NCBI GenBank assembly: GCA_903944345.1
Contig: CAJARJ010000016.1
Location: 89,852 to 153,851, forward strand
DNA length: 64,000 nucleotides
Direction: 5' to 3'
DNA from: Candidatus Omnitrophota bacterium
GTDB taxonomy: Bacteria > Omnitrophota > Gorgyraeia > Zapsychrales > Fredricksoniimonadaceae
The notes beneath the pieces are model-generated. The model did not search any database, was not told the DNA's origin, and saw nothing but the letters and a program-made list of their open reading frames with translations. The translations under genes and the position numbers were made by a program. This document shows positions 22,908-32,851 of the stretch, piece after piece (within the stretch, counting starts at the first letter, position 1; every line of letters begins with the position of its first letter).

Positions 22908-23303
22908 ATGGCAGTTCTTAATCCTATCGCCAACATGTTGACTGTAATGCGCAATGCGCTAAAAGTCCGCAAGGAAAGCATTGAAATTCCGGCGTCAAAG
23001 CTTTTAGAAAAGATTCTGGATATCTTTAAGAAAGACGGCTATATAAATGATGTCCGCCTTCTTAAAGATAACAAACAGGGTGTGCTCAAGGTATTTTTGA
23101 AGTATGATGGCAAGGCCTCTGCTATTGCCGGACTTAAGATGATTTCCAAGCCTGGACTCAGGGTGTATGTTGAAAATGATCGTATACCACGAGTGTTAAG
23201 CGGTTTGGGAACAGCGGTCATCTCTACGTCGAAAGGCGTTTTAGATGATAAGGAAGCACGTAAACTTAAGATCGGGGGAGAAGTCCTCTGTTACGTCTGG
23301 TAA
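22908..23303 (+). CDS. rpsH: 30S ribosomal protein S8
   Basis: S8 family similarity and position. Confidence 0.94.
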   Translation: MAVLNPIANMLTVMRNALKVRKESIEIPASKLLEKILDIFKKDGYINDVRLLKDNKQGVLKVFLKYDGKASAIAGLKMISKPGLRVYVENDRIPRVLSGLGTAVISTSKGVLDDKEARKLKIGGEVLCYVW

Positions 23304-23309
23304 GGTGTT

Positions 23310-23849
23310 ATGTCAAGAATTGGTAAAATACGTTTAGTTATTCCCAAAGAAGTAAAAGTTAACATTTCGGCGACTCAGGTTTCATTGGAAGGTCCCAAAG
23401 GTAAGTTGACTTTACCTCTGCCTTACGGGATCAAATTGGAGCAGAATGATCAAGGACTAGGTGTTTCTCGTCTTAATGACGCCAAACAAAACAAGTCTAA
23501 TCATGGAACCATCAGATCTTTGATAAAAAACATGATCCTTGGAGTTTCCAAAGGGCATACCAAAGACCTTGAGGTTCAGGGGTTAGGTTTTCGTGTTGTG
23601 GCTGCGGGGCAGAAATTGACGTTCAATCTTGGTTTTAGTCATCCTGTTGAGTTTCAGGTTCCTGCCGGGATTAAAGTTCTGACCCCGAAACCAACCGAGA
23701 TCAAGCTTGAGGGCGCGGACAAATTTCTTCTTGGCTTAGTTGCTTCAAAGATTCGCGCTATTAAGCCCCCGGAACCATATAAGGGTAAAGGTATTCGTTA
23801 TGTCGGTGAAGTTGTCAAGCGCAAGCAGGGTAAATCAGTTACAAAGTAA
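23310..23849 (+). CDS. rplF: 50S ribosomal protein L6
   Basis: L6 family similarity and position. Confidence 0.94.
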   Translation: MSRIGKIRLVIPKEVKVNISATQVSLEGPKGKLTLPLPYGIKLEQNDQGLGVSRLNDAKQNKSNHGTIRSLIKNMILGVSKGHTKDLEVQGLGFRVVAAGQKLTFNLGFSHPVEFQVPAGIKVLTPKPTEIKLEGADKFLLGLVASKIRAIKPPEPYKGKGIRYVGEVVKRKQGKSVTK

Positions 23850-23854
23850 GGTTT

Positions 23855-24220
23855 ATGAAAAATATTAATGAAATTAAAAGAGTATTTCGTCATAGACGCA
23901 TTCGTAAGAATATGTCCGGGACTACAGAACAGCCGAGACTTTGTCTTCATCGCAGTTCAAACAATTTAGTTGTTTCAATTGTTGATGATTCGGTTGGAAA
24001 AGTCATTATGGGGAAGTCGACCTTGGCTAAGGATATTAGGGCCTTAACCGATAATCATGGCGGAAACATAAAAGCGGCTGAATTCTTGGGTGAGGCATTA
24101 GCCAAAGAGGCTATCGCTAAGGGAATACGCAAAGTTTGCTTTGACCGTGGGGGCTATATGTATCATGGTCGGGTAAAAGCTTTTGCGGATGCGGCTAGAA
24201 AATCCGGATTGGAATTTTAA
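23855..24220 (+). CDS. rplR: 50S ribosomal protein L18
   Basis: L18 family similarity and position. Confidence 0.93.
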   Translation: MKNINEIKRVFRHRRIRKNMSGTTEQPRLCLHRSSNNLVVSIVDDSVGKVIMGKSTLAKDIRALTDNHGGNIKAAEFLGEALAKEAIAKGIRKVCFDRGGYMYHGRVKAFADAARKSGLEF

Positions 24221-24225
24221 TATTT

Positions 24226-24885
24226 ATGGAAGATAAAAAACTAAATCAAAAGAGCAAGACCGAGAATCCAGCAAAGTCAGCGCCTGCACGAACCGGCAAG
24301 GAAGCAGAGATGGCTTCTGTCGATAAAGTTACCGGAAAGAAACTTGCATACTCCTCTGATACTCAGCGGCCACAAGGCTCTTCTTCTCAGGGACATCGTA
24401 AGGGTTCTCGTCACCAGAAGCCTGAAGCAGAATCGAGCGGGTTGATTGAGTCGGTCATACGTATCAGTCGTGTTGCTAAGGTTACTAAAGGCGGAACCAA
24501 AATGTCTTTTAGCGCCTTGGTGGTAGTTGGCGACGGGAAAGGTCGCGTGGGATACGCTTTAGGTAAAGCTGCTGAAGTAGCTATTGGCATCAAAAAGGGG
24601 ATGAATGCGGCTAAGAAACGCATGATTGAAATTCCTCGCCGCGAAACTACAATTCCTCATCAGGTTCAGGGGAAGTGGTGTGCTACCGAAGTTTTACTTA
24701 AACCGGCATCAGAGGGAACCGGTGTTATCGCTTCCGGTCCAGTTCGTGCAATTTGTGACGGAGCGGGCATCAAAAATATTCTGACTAAAGTACATCGCTC
24801 AAGCAATCCTCTGAATGTAGTTAAAGCGACCTTCGAAGGTTTGTCTCGTTTGAAGAAAGTCAATATTAATCAGGTTACTGAATAA
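24226..24885 (+). CDS. rpsE: 30S ribosomal protein S5 with about 60-aa low-complexity N-terminal extension
   Basis: Conserved S5 core starts near LIESVIRISRVAKVTKGG; the preceding 60 aa are polar/basic low complexity; start 5 nt after rplR stop. Confidence 0.9.
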   Translation: MEDKKLNQKSKTENPAKSAPARTGKEAEMASVDKVTGKKLAYSSDTQRPQGSSSQGHRKGSRHQKPEAESSGLIESVIRISRVAKVTKGGTKMSFSALVVVGDGKGRVGYALGKAAEVAIGIKKGMNAAKKRMIEIPRRETTIPHQVQGKWCATEVLLKPASEGTGVIASGPVRAICDGAGIKNILTKVHRSSNPLNVVKATFEGLSRLKKVNINQVTE

Positions 24886-24893
24886 GGTTATAT

Positions 24894-25388
24894 ATGTATT
24901 TGCATGAATTGAAATCACCCAAAGGAGCCCGACGCCCTAAAATTTTGCGTGGACGTGGTCCTGCATCAGGGTTAGGTAAAACTTCCGGTCGAGGTGAGAA
25001 CGGTCAGCGTTCTCGCACAGGGCGTGGCATTATTCTTGGGTCTGAAGGCGGTCAAATGCCTTTGATCAGAAGACTGCCGAAGGTCGGATTTAATCCAAAT
25101 GATCCGGTTGTATATCAGTTGGTTCATGTTGGTGATCTTAATCGTTTTGATGCAAATACGCGTGTTGATATCAAAGCTTTGAAAGCTCTGAAGCTTGTTT
25201 CCAGCCTACGTAAGCCTGTCAAGATTTTATCTGACGGGGAGCTTACCAAGCCAGTTCAAGTAGTCGCTGACAAGTATTCCTCCGCTGCTTCTGCAAAAAT
25301 TGAGAAGGCTGGAGGCAAGGCTGAACTCGTGGCGGCTTCAGATGTTAAAGTTAAAAATAACAAGAAAGCTAAAAGCCAAAGTAAATGA
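24894..25388 (+). CDS. rplO: 50S ribosomal protein L15
   Basis: L15 family; follows rpsE directly (no L30 gene between). Confidence 0.93.
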   Translation: MYLHELKSPKGARRPKILRGRGPASGLGKTSGRGENGQRSRTGRGIILGSEGGQMPLIRRLPKVGFNPNDPVVYQLVHVGDLNRFDANTRVDIKALKALKLVSSLRKPVKILSDGELTKPVQVVADKYSSAASAKIEKAGGKAELVAASDVKVKNNKKAKSQSK

Positions 25389-26743
25389 TATCGCAATTCT
25401 TCAAAGCATTAACGACGTGTTTTAAAATTGAGGACTTAAGAAAAAAAGTCCTTTTTACTCTTTTTATTATTGCGGTTTATCGCATAGGATGTTTTGTTCC
25501 TACTCCTGGAATCAATGGAGCTGCATTGGCACGTTTTTTTGAAAAAATGGCCGAAACAACAGGTGGTGGCAACGTCTTTACGATCATGAATATGTTTTCT
25601 GGACGATCTTTGGAAAAGTTAACGATTTTCTCCTTAGGCGTTATGCCATATATTTCAAGTTCTATTATAATGCAACTTTTGACAGCTGTAATTCCTGCTC
25701 TTGAGAAGCTTTCTAAAGAAGGGCATGCCGGTCATCAAAAAATCAACCAATTCACCAGATACGGCACGGTCGGTCTTGCTTTAATTCAGGCTTTCTTTAT
25801 TGCTTTATGGCTTGAAAGTTCGCAGTCTTTCCAGGGCTTTCAAATTGTAAATGATCCTGGTTGGGCTTTCCGTTTGACGACTATGATTACTTTTACTACC
25901 GGAACTTTGGTCATCATGTGGCTTGGTGAAAGAATTCAAGACAAAGGCATTGGCAATGGAATGTCTTTGATCATTACTGCTGGTATTTTGTCTTCCGCGC
26001 CTGCTGCTGTCGAGCAATTGTTTCTCCTTTTGTCGCCCAATTCGGCCGCTGGAGCTCAATTAGCGCCATTGACAGTGTTGCTTATGTGTTTTTTCCTTGT
26101 TTTTGTTATTTTCTCTACGACTTTAATTATTCAGGCGCAGCGGAGAATCCCTGTGCAGTATGCACGCAGATCAGTTGGCGGCGGAAGCAGCACCCAAAAT
26201 TCTTTTATTCCTTTAAAGGTTGATACTGCAGGCATAATCGCCATTATTTTCGCTCAGTCAATATTGCTTTTCCCGGCTACGATTGCCAGTTTTGTTCCTT
26301 CCCAGACATTTCAGCATTTCACTGCAGTTTTAATGAGGGGCCATTGGCCTTATTACACCCTTTACGCTGGACTCATTCTTTTCTTTTGTTACTTTTATAC
26401 TGCCATTGTTTTTAATCCTGTGGATGTCGCAGAAAACATGAAGAAACATGGCGGATTCATTCCAGGAGTTCGTCCTGGGAAGCATACCGCAGATTATCTT
26501 GACTATGTTCTGACACGTATTACTGTAGTGGGTGCTTTATTTATGTGTTTTATCGCAGTTATGCCGGATTCCATAATGGCCGCTGCTCGAGTTCCGTATT
26601 TGGTGGCTTCTTTCTTTGGTGGAACTGGAATATTGATTACTGTCGGTGTTATTCTAGACACAATGAAGCAGATGGAGTCACATTTGCAGATGCATAATTA
26701 CGAAGGTTTTATGCAATCAGGTCATTTAAGGGGGAGACGATGA
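25385..26743 (+). CDS. secY: Preprotein translocase subunit SecY
   Basis: 452 aa, 10-TM SecY family; conserved position after rplO. Confidence 0.96.
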   Translation: MISQFFKALTTCFKIEDLRKKVLFTLFIIAVYRIGCFVPTPGINGAALARFFEKMAETTGGGNVFTIMNMFSGRSLEKLTIFSLGVMPYISSSIIMQLLTAVIPALEKLSKEGHAGHQKINQFTRYGTVGLALIQAFFIALWLESSQSFQGFQIVNDPGWAFRLTTMITFTTGTLVIMWLGERIQDKGIGNGMSLIITAGILSSAPAAVEQLFLLLSPNSAAGAQLAPLTVLLMCFFLVFVIFSTTLIIQAQRRIPVQYARRSVGGGSSTQNSFIPLKVDTAGIIAIIFAQSILLFPATIASFVPSQTFQHFTAVLMRGHWPYYTLYAGLILFFCYFYTAIVFNPVDVAENMKKHGGFIPGVRPGKHTADYLDYVLTRITVVGALFMCFIAVMPDSIMAAARVPYLVASFFGGTGILITVGVILDTMKQMESHLQMHNYEGFMQSGHLRGRR

Positions 26744-27396
26744 TAGTAGTACTGCTTGGTGCCCCAGGTGCAGGAAAAGGGACTTTGGCTTCTGCTTTAA
26801 AAGATCAACTTAAGGTACATCATATTTCTACGGGCGATCTTATCAGAGCTGAGATTAAAGCCGGATCCCAGATTGGTCTAGAGATTAAGAAGTGTGTTGA
26901 AAGTGGCGCTTTGGTTTCTGACGAGATTGTCACTAGAATGATTAAGGGCAAGATAGATTCCTCTGTGGCCGACAAGTGTGGTTATATGTTTGATGGTTTT
27001 CCCCGCACGAATGCTCAAGCGGCGGATTTGGACAAAATCCTAAAGGGCCATGGTCTTTCTGTTGACTTCGCATTATTGATGGAAGCTTCCACAGATGTCG
27101 TTCTTGCGAGATTAACTGGACGTCGTGTTTGCAAAGCTTGCGGTGCACTTTATCATTTGACCAACATGCCTTCCAAGGTTGCTGGTATTTGTGATGCCTG
27201 CGGCGGCGAGCTATATCAACGGGCGGATGACAATAAAGAAACTATTTTGAATCGTATGACCGTCTATGCTGAAAGCACAAAACCGATAATTGATCACTAC
27301 AAGTCGCAATCCAAGCTTCGGGTTATTAATGCCGACAAGGGGGCCGAGGCTGTTCGACAGGAAATGTTGAAGATACTTGATGAAAAGAAATCCTGA
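26740..27396 (+). CDS. adk: Adenylate kinase (zinc-lid type)
   Basis: P-loop GAPGAGKGT; lid cysteines CKACG...CDACGG. Confidence 0.95.
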   Translation: MIVVLLGAPGAGKGTLASALKDQLKVHHISTGDLIRAEIKAGSQIGLEIKKCVESGALVSDEIVTRMIKGKIDSSVADKCGYMFDGFPRTNAQAADLDKILKGHGLSVDFALLMEASTDVVLARLTGRRVCKACGALYHLTNMPSKVAGICDACGGELYQRADDNKETILNRMTVYAESTKPIIDHYKSQSKLRVINADKGAEAVRQEMLKILDEKKS

Positions 27397-28138
27397 CATC
27401 AGGATTAAAACTCCTGAAGAATTAATTCTTCTTCGTGAAGCTGGTAGCATTCTTGCGCAGATTTTTGTTTCTTTGAAAAGTTCAGTCAAGGCGGGAAAGT
27501 CCACTGCAGAGATTGATTTGTTAGTCGAAGAGCTTATTAAGCGCAATGACGTTCTTCCTGCTTTTAAAGGTTATCGTGGATTTCCGAATTGTTCGTGTAT
27601 TTCCGTTAATGAACAAGTTGTTCATGGTATACCTGGGAAGCATCTTTTAAAAGACGGCGATATTGTCAGTGTAGATATTGGCATTGTTTATAAAGGTTTT
27701 TATTCTGACATGGCGGTTACTTTCGGGGTAGGTGTATTGGACTCTTCTGCCCAGAAATTGCTGGATGTTACAAAGCAGGCTCTTTTAAAAGGAATCGCAG
27801 AAGCTTTTCCCGGGAATTATTTGGGAGATATATCTTCAGCGATTCAGAAGTATGTTGAATCTCGCTCATTTTCAATAGTAAGGGACTTTGTAGGACACGG
27901 GATTGGTCGTCAATTGCATGAAGATCCGGAAATCCCCAATTATGGCAGTCCTAAAACCGGACCTTTATTAAGATCCGGAATGGTTTTTGCAATAGAGCCG
28001 ATGGTAAATATGGGCAAGCCCGGCACTAAGACTTTGAAAGATGGTTGGACAGTGGTTACAGTAGACGCCAAGCCATCTGCTCATTTCGAACATACTGTCG
28101 CAATAACTGATTCCGGACCGGTTATACTTACGGATTGA
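27377..28138 (+). CDS. map: Methionine aminopeptidase type I
   Basis: M24A family; conserved metal ligands (D, D, H, E, E context FVGHGIG, AIEPM). Confidence 0.94.
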   Translation: MMKRNPDIRIKTPEELILLREAGSILAQIFVSLKSSVKAGKSTAEIDLLVEELIKRNDVLPAFKGYRGFPNCSCISVNEQVVHGIPGKHLLKDGDIVSVDIGIVYKGFYSDMAVTFGVGVLDSSAQKLLDVTKQALLKGIAEAFPGNYLGDISSAIQKYVESRSFSIVRDFVGHGIGRQLHEDPEIPNYGSPKTGPLLRSGMVFAIEPMVNMGKPGTKTLKDGWTVVTVDAKPSAHFEHTVAITDSGPVILTD

Positions 28139-28141
28139 AAA

Positions 28142-28360
28142 ATGGCAAGAGAAGATTTGATAGAAGTTGAAGGAACCGTACAAGAAGCTTTGCCAAACGC
28201 AATGTTTCGTGTCACACTGGATAACGGACATTTGGTACTGGCGCATGTTTCCGGTAAAATGAGAATGCATTTTATTCGAATTCTTCCAGGAGACAAGGTA
28301 AAAGTGGAGCTTTCTCCGTACGATTTGGCTCGTGGACGTATAACATACAGGAATAAGTAA
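28142..28360 (+). CDS. infA: Translation initiation factor IF-1
   Basis: 72 aa S1-like; ...[33 protein letters not shown]. Confidence 0.95.
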   Translation: MAREDLIEVEGTVQEALPNAMFRVTLDNGHLVLAHVSGKMRMHFIRILPGDKVKVELSPYDLARGRITYRNK

Positions 28361-28361
28361 A

Positions 28362-28475
28362 ATGAAAGTCAAGTCATCGGTAAAGAGAATTTGCGGTAAG
28401 TGCAAGATCGTAAGGCGCCAACGTGTTGTGCGCGTGATCTGCGATAATCCTAAACATAAACAAAGACAAGGATAA
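28362..28475 (+). CDS. rpmJ: 50S ribosomal protein L36
   Basis: 37-aa product [37 protein letters not shown] (C-x2-C...C-x-H zinc ribbon); below the ORF-track length cutoff, found by reading the infA-rpsM gap. Confidence 0.9.
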   Translation: MKVKSSVKRICGKCKIVRRQRVVRVICDNPKHKQRQG

Positions 28476-28481
28476 GAGGTT

Positions 28482-28859
28482 ATGGCCAGAATTCTAGGTA
28501 TCGACCTCCCCAGAGAGAAAAGGGTAGAAGCTGCATTGCCTTATATTTATGGCATCGGCTTGACCCGCTCACAACTGATTCTTGCTGAGACCAAGATAGA
28601 TCCGAACACTAGGGTCAAGAATCTGACTGAGGAGGAAGTTTCAAAGATCGTAGCTTTTATACAAAAAAATTATATGGTTGAAGGTGATCTACGCAGAGAT
28701 ATTCAGCAGAATATCCGTCAGCATATGGATATGGGATCGTATCGTGGCCTTCGCCATCGTAAAGGCCTTCCTGTTCGTGGGCAGAGAACTCGTACCAATT
28801 CCAGGACGCGTAAAGGGCGTAAGCAAACGGTCGGCGGAATGAAGAAGAAGGCAGAATAA
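28482..28859 (+). CDS. rpsM: 30S ribosomal protein S13
   Basis: [26 protein letters not shown]... Confidence 0.96.
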   Translation: MARILGIDLPREKRVEAALPYIYGIGLTRSQLILAETKIDPNTRVKNLTEEEVSKIVAFIQKNYMVEGDLRRDIQQNIRQHMDMGSYRGLRHRKGLPVRGQRTRTNSRTRKGRKQTVGGMKKKAE

Positions 28860-28874
28860 TAGAGGGGTTGAATC

Positions 28875-29312
28875 ATGTCGAAAGTAAACAAGCAGGCTCC
28901 CGCTCAAGCGGTTAATACAAAGACTGCTACAAAAAAAGCAAAAGCCAAGAAGAAGTCACTAAAAGGGATTACGACTGGCATGGTCATGATCAAGGCAACT
29001 TTCAATAACACGATTGTGACTGTTGCAGACAAGCAGGGGAATACCATCGTTTGGGCAACACCCGGAGTGGTTGGTTTCGCAGGTTCAAAGAAATCTACCC
29101 CGTTTGCTGCTCAGGTTGCGGCGGCTGAAGCAGCCAAACGTGCCAAAGAATTAGGCATTGATACAGTTGATGTATTGGTCAAGGGGCCTGGTTCCGGTCG
29201 TGAATCTGCTATTCGAGCCATTGCGGCAGCAGGTATCCAGATTCTTTCGATTCGGGACATTACGCCGATACCGCACAATGGTTGCCGGCCACGTAAGAAA
29301 CGCAGAGTATAA
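28875..29312 (+). CDS. rpsK: 30S ribosomal protein S11
   Basis: S11 family similarity and position. Confidence 0.95.
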   Translation: MSKVNKQAPAQAVNTKTATKKAKAKKKSLKGITTGMVMIKATFNNTIVTVADKQGNTIVWATPGVVGFAGSKKSTPFAAQVAAAEAAKRAKELGIDTVDVLVKGPGSGRESAIRAIAAAGIQILSIRDITPIPHNGCRPRKKRRV

Positions 29313-29335
29313 AATAGAAAAAGAGGTTTTGATCC

Positions 29336-29944
29336 ATGGCACGTTATACAGGTCCTCGTTGCAGGCTTTCCAGAAGAGAAGGTGTTAATCTCGGACTTAA
29401 GAAGAAATGGTCACTCGAAAAGCGAGAGACTGCTCCGGGTCAGCACGGCCTTAGACGCGGCAAACTTTCTAACTACGGTTTGCAGTTAAGGGAAAAGCAG
29501 AAAGCCAAGCGTATTTATGGAATTCTTGAAAGACAATTCAAGAATTACTATTTAAAGGCTACTGCAGCCAAAGGTGTTGCTGGTACTGTTCTTTTACAGC
29601 TTTTGGAAACTCGTTTAGACAATGTTATTTATCGTTTAGGCTTTGCCATCACACGTGCCCAGGCACGTCAGATGGTCGGTCATGGTCTGGTCAGGGTCAA
29701 CGGGAAGAAAGTGAATATTCCCTCTTTCACTGTCAAAGCAGGTGACTTACTGGCCTTTGCCCAGAAAGAAGCAGTTACGAAATATGTCAAAAAGAATCTT
29801 GAGATGAACGAAGGCTGGGTTGTTCCTGAATGGTTGATTGCAGACAAGGACGGAAGCCAGGGTAAAGTAGTGCGGGTTCCTTCACGTGAAGATATCTCAG
29901 TTCCTCTTTCTGAGCAGCTGATCATAGAATTGTATTCCAAATAG
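29336..29944 (+). CDS. rpsD: 30S ribosomal protein S4
   Basis: MARYTGPRCRLSRREG...; S4 domain. Confidence 0.95.
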   Translation: MARYTGPRCRLSRREGVNLGLKKKWSLEKRETAPGQHGLRRGKLSNYGLQLREKQKAKRIYGILERQFKNYYLKATAAKGVAGTVLLQLLETRLDNVIYRLGFAITRAQARQMVGHGLVRVNGKKVNIPSFTVKAGDLLAFAQKEAVTKYVKKNLEMNEGWVVPEWLIADKDGSQGKVVRVPSREDISVPLSEQLIIELYSK

Positions 29945-29987
29945 TATTTTCAATATACGGAAATCTTTTAAAAATAGGAGCATATTC

Positions 29988-30983
29988 ATGGGAGTTAAAT
30001 GGCGTGATTTTCAGATGCCCAAGCGGTTAGATTGTGAAGAGACGACCTATACAGATCTCTACGGCAAATTCGTCGCGGAGCCATTTGAACGTGGATACGG
30101 CATTACTTTAGGAAATTCATTAAGACGTGTGCTTTTGTCGTCGATTGAAGGCAGTGCGGTCACATCAATCCGTATAGACGGGGTTCAGCACGAATTTTCG
30201 GCAATTCCGGGTGTGCGTGAGTCGGTGGCTGATATTATTCTGAATATCAAAGAGCTGGTTATCCGTTCGCATTCCAAGGTGTCCAAGAGTGTTTTTATCA
30301 AAGCGAGCAAAAAAGGCGACATCACAGCCAAGGATATTATTGCCGACGAGACAATTGAAGTTCTCAATCCTGATCATCATATCTGTACATTGACCCAGGA
30401 TGTTGATTTTAATATGGAGCTTGAGGTCTGCCGTGGCAGAGGTTATGTTCCTGCGGAATTAAACAAAAAGGATGGCGCTGCACTGGGCACTATTGCAGTT
30501 GATTCTATTTTTACCCCGATCGAGAAAGTCAATTTGTTCTCGGAGAATACGCGTGTCGGACAACGTACGGATTATGATCGTTTAATCCTTGAAATAACCA
30601 CCAATGGTGCCATTGATCCCAAGCAGGCTTTGTTATATGCCGCTAACATTCTGCAGCGCCATCTGGATGTCTTTGTTGCCTATGGTCAGCTTCCCGAGGA
30701 AGAGGAAGAAGAGGAAGAGGTTTCTGCAGAGGAAGAGGCTGTGTATTCCAAGCTTCGCCTGCCGATTTCTGAGTTGGAGTTATCGGTTCGCAGTTCAAAT
30801 TGTCTTAAAGAGGCGAATATCAAAACCATCTCTGATCTTGTTCGCAAGACCGAAGAAGAGTTGCTTAATTTCCGTAATTTCGGGAAGAAATCGCTGACTG
30901 AAATTGACGAGATTCTCAAGACGATGGGGATCACCCTCGGGATGAAGGTCGATATGAAAAAGTTAAGAAAGAAGAGCGAGTAA
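29988..30983 (+). CDS. rpoA: DNA-directed RNA polymerase subunit alpha
   Basis: 331 aa; NTD and CTD joined by an acidic EEEEEEE linker. Confidence 0.96.
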   Translation: MGVKWRDFQMPKRLDCEETTYTDLYGKFVAEPFERGYGITLGNSLRRVLLSSIEGSAVTSIRIDGVQHEFSAIPGVRESVADIILNIKELVIRSHSKVSKSVFIKASKKGDITAKDIIADETIEVLNPDHHICTLTQDVDFNMELEVCRGRGYVPAELNKKDGAALGTIAVDSIFTPIEKVNLFSENTRVGQRTDYDRLILEITTNGAIDPKQALLYAANILQRHLDVFVAYGQLPEEEEEEEEVSAEEEAVYSKLRLPISELELSVRSSNCLKEANIKTISDLVRKTEEELLNFRNFGKKSLTEIDEILKTMGITLGMKVDMKKLRKKSE

Positions 30984-30986
30984 TCT

Positions 30987-31541
30987 ATGAGACATGGTCT
31001 TTCAGGAAATAAATTCGGACGGAATCAGAAGCTGCGTCAGGCGACTGTCCGTGATTTGGCAAAAGCACTTTTGACCCATGAGAGTATCCAGACGACGCAA
31101 GCCAAAGCATTGGAAGCTCGCAAACTGGTCGAGAAGCTGATTACAAAGGGCAAAAAGAATACATTAGCGGCCAAGCGTCAAGCGTTCGCCGTTTTGTGCG
31201 ATCATAACTTGGTTAGCAGACTTTTCAATGTTGTTGCTCCCTTGTTTGCCAGCCGTCAGGGCGGATACACCCGGATATTAAAGTTTGCGTTAAATCGTCC
31301 CGGTGATAATGCGCGTATGGTCTTGCTTGAGCTTACAGAGAAGTCACCGGTTTCTTCGGAAACCAAGGAAGTTGTGGCTGGAGGTTCCAAGAAAGTTGAA
31401 GATGCCACTCTGGTTGAGAGCGCACCTGCTGTCAAGAAACCAAAAGCTGTTCGTGCAAAGCCAGCAGCCTCGGTGAAATCTGAAGACAAAGTCGAAAAGA
31501 AAACAGTTCGCGCGAAAAAAACGGATAAAAAAGAGAAGTAG
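30987..31541 (+). CDS. rplQ: 50S ribosomal protein L17 with Lys/Ala-rich C-terminal extension
   Basis: L17 core MRHGLSGNKFGRNQKLRQ... plus about 60-aa basic tail. Confidence 0.93.
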   Translation: MRHGLSGNKFGRNQKLRQATVRDLAKALLTHESIQTTQAKALEARKLVEKLITKGKKNTLAAKRQAFAVLCDHNLVSRLFNVVAPLFASRQGGYTRILKFALNRPGDNARMVLLELTEKSPVSSETKEVVAGGSKKVEDATLVESAPAVKKPKAVRAKPAASVKSEDKVEKKTVRAKKTDKKEK

Positions 31542-31592
31542 AAAATTTTTATTCTGTTAAGATAATACTCATTCCTTTACGGCTAACTGGTA

Positions 31593-31648
31593 GCCAGGAA
31601 TAATTCAAGATATAAAAAGTGGCTAGGTAAATTCCTGGCCATTTTTTA
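31593..31648 (+). terminator. Candidate intrinsic terminator ending the ribosomal super-operon
   Basis: gccaggaat / attcctggc 9-bp stem around a structured loop of about 29 nt, followed by cattttttat; first convincing hairpin with a U-tract since position 1482. Confidence 0.5.
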
Positions 31649-31671
31649 TAATTAGTAATTAAGGTGAGGTT

Positions 31672-32835
31672 ATGTTCAGAATTAATTCTCGTGTTTTACA
31701 GGTTGCAGGTTCGACTACTCTTGCTATTACAGCCAGAGCGAAAGAGTTGAAGGACCAAGGTAAAGATGTAGTTAATTTCGCGGCTGGTGAGCCTGATTTT
31801 GATACACCGGAGCATATAAAAAAGGCCGCGGTTGATGCCATCAAAGAGGGCTATACCAAATACACGCCCTCTAGCGGAGCGGAAGACCTTCGGATAGCTA
31901 TTTGCGATAAATTCAGGAAAGATAATGGCATAGAATACAAGCCCTCCCAGGTCGTTGTCGGGTGCGGCGCAAAACATTCGATTTTCAATGCCATTATGGT
32001 TTTGTGTGATGTTGGCGATGAAGTTATTATCCCTTCGCCTTTCTGGGTCAGTTATCCTGAAATGGTCAAACTTGCCGGAGCTACTCCAAAGTTTATTTTT
32101 ACCACTCAGGCTTCAGGGTTCAAGATTTCCGCGCAGCAGTTAAAAGAAACGGTTTCTTCGAAGACCAAAGTTCTTATTCTTAATTCGCCATCGAATCCGA
32201 CTGGTTCTGTATATTCAAAAAAGGAATTGGCAGAAATTGCGGATGTTTGTCTGCAAAAAAATGTCTTTGTTATTTCCGATGACATTTATGAGAAACTTTT
32301 GTATTCTGACGAACCTTTTGTGTCTATTGCATCTCTGGGGAAAGATATTTACAATCAGACCATCACGGTTAATGGTGTTTCCAAAGCTTATGCCATGACC
32401 GGATGGCGTATCGGTTATGCTGCCGGACCGCTTGATGTCATGTCATACATGAAAAATCTTCAGGATCACTCCACATCCAATCCGGCATCGATCAGTCAAA
32501 GAGCGACATTGGCTGCATTGCGTTCGTCTGAAGAGACGGTTGCGGCCATGCGTGCAGAGTTTATGGCTCGACGCGATCTGATGATGTCACTGGTCGACGA
32601 GATTCCTGGCGTTTCTTATGTCAGGCCTGATGGGGCTTTCTATCTTTTTTGTGATTTCAGAAAATTTGGTTCCAGTGCGGATTTTGCCAAGCGAATTCTT
32701 GATGAAGAGTATGTTGCATTGATTCCGGGAGACAGTTTCGGGGCGGAGGGCTATCTGCGTCTGACTTTTTCCACATCGCAGGAGCGTATTCGCGAAGGAT
32801 TGCGCCGCATCAAGCGCATGACGGAAAAATATTGA
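31672..32835 (+). CDS. Aspartate/aromatic aminotransferase (PLP-dependent, class I)
   Basis: 387 aa; PLP-lysine motif NGVSKAYAMTGWRIGY; SNPTG region. Confidence 0.88.
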   Translation: MFRINSRVLQVAGSTTLAITARAKELKDQGKDVVNFAAGEPDFDTPEHIKKAAVDAIKEGYTKYTPSSGAEDLRIAICDKFRKDNGIEYKPSQVVVGCGAKHSIFNAIMVLCDVGDEVIIPSPFWVSYPEMVKLAGATPKFIFTTQASGFKISAQQLKETVSSKTKVLILNSPSNPTGSVYSKKELAEIADVCLQKNVFVISDDIYEKLLYSDEPFVSIASLGKDIYNQTITVNGVSKAYAMTGWRIGYAAGPLDVMSYMKNLQDHSTSNPASISQRATLAALRSSEETVAAMRAEFMARRDLMMSLVDEIPGVSYVRPDGAFYLFCDFRKFGSSADFAKRILDEEYVALIPGDSFGAEGYLRLTFSTSQERIREGLRRIKRMTEKY

Positions 32836-32851
32836 TCTTCTGGGGGCTGTT

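Noticed and set aside
30686-30740. gaggaagag(g) short tandem repeat
   Set aside because: It encodes the acidic EEEEEEE linker between the alpha NTD and CTD in rpoA. It is not a CRISPR array or an intergenic repeat.
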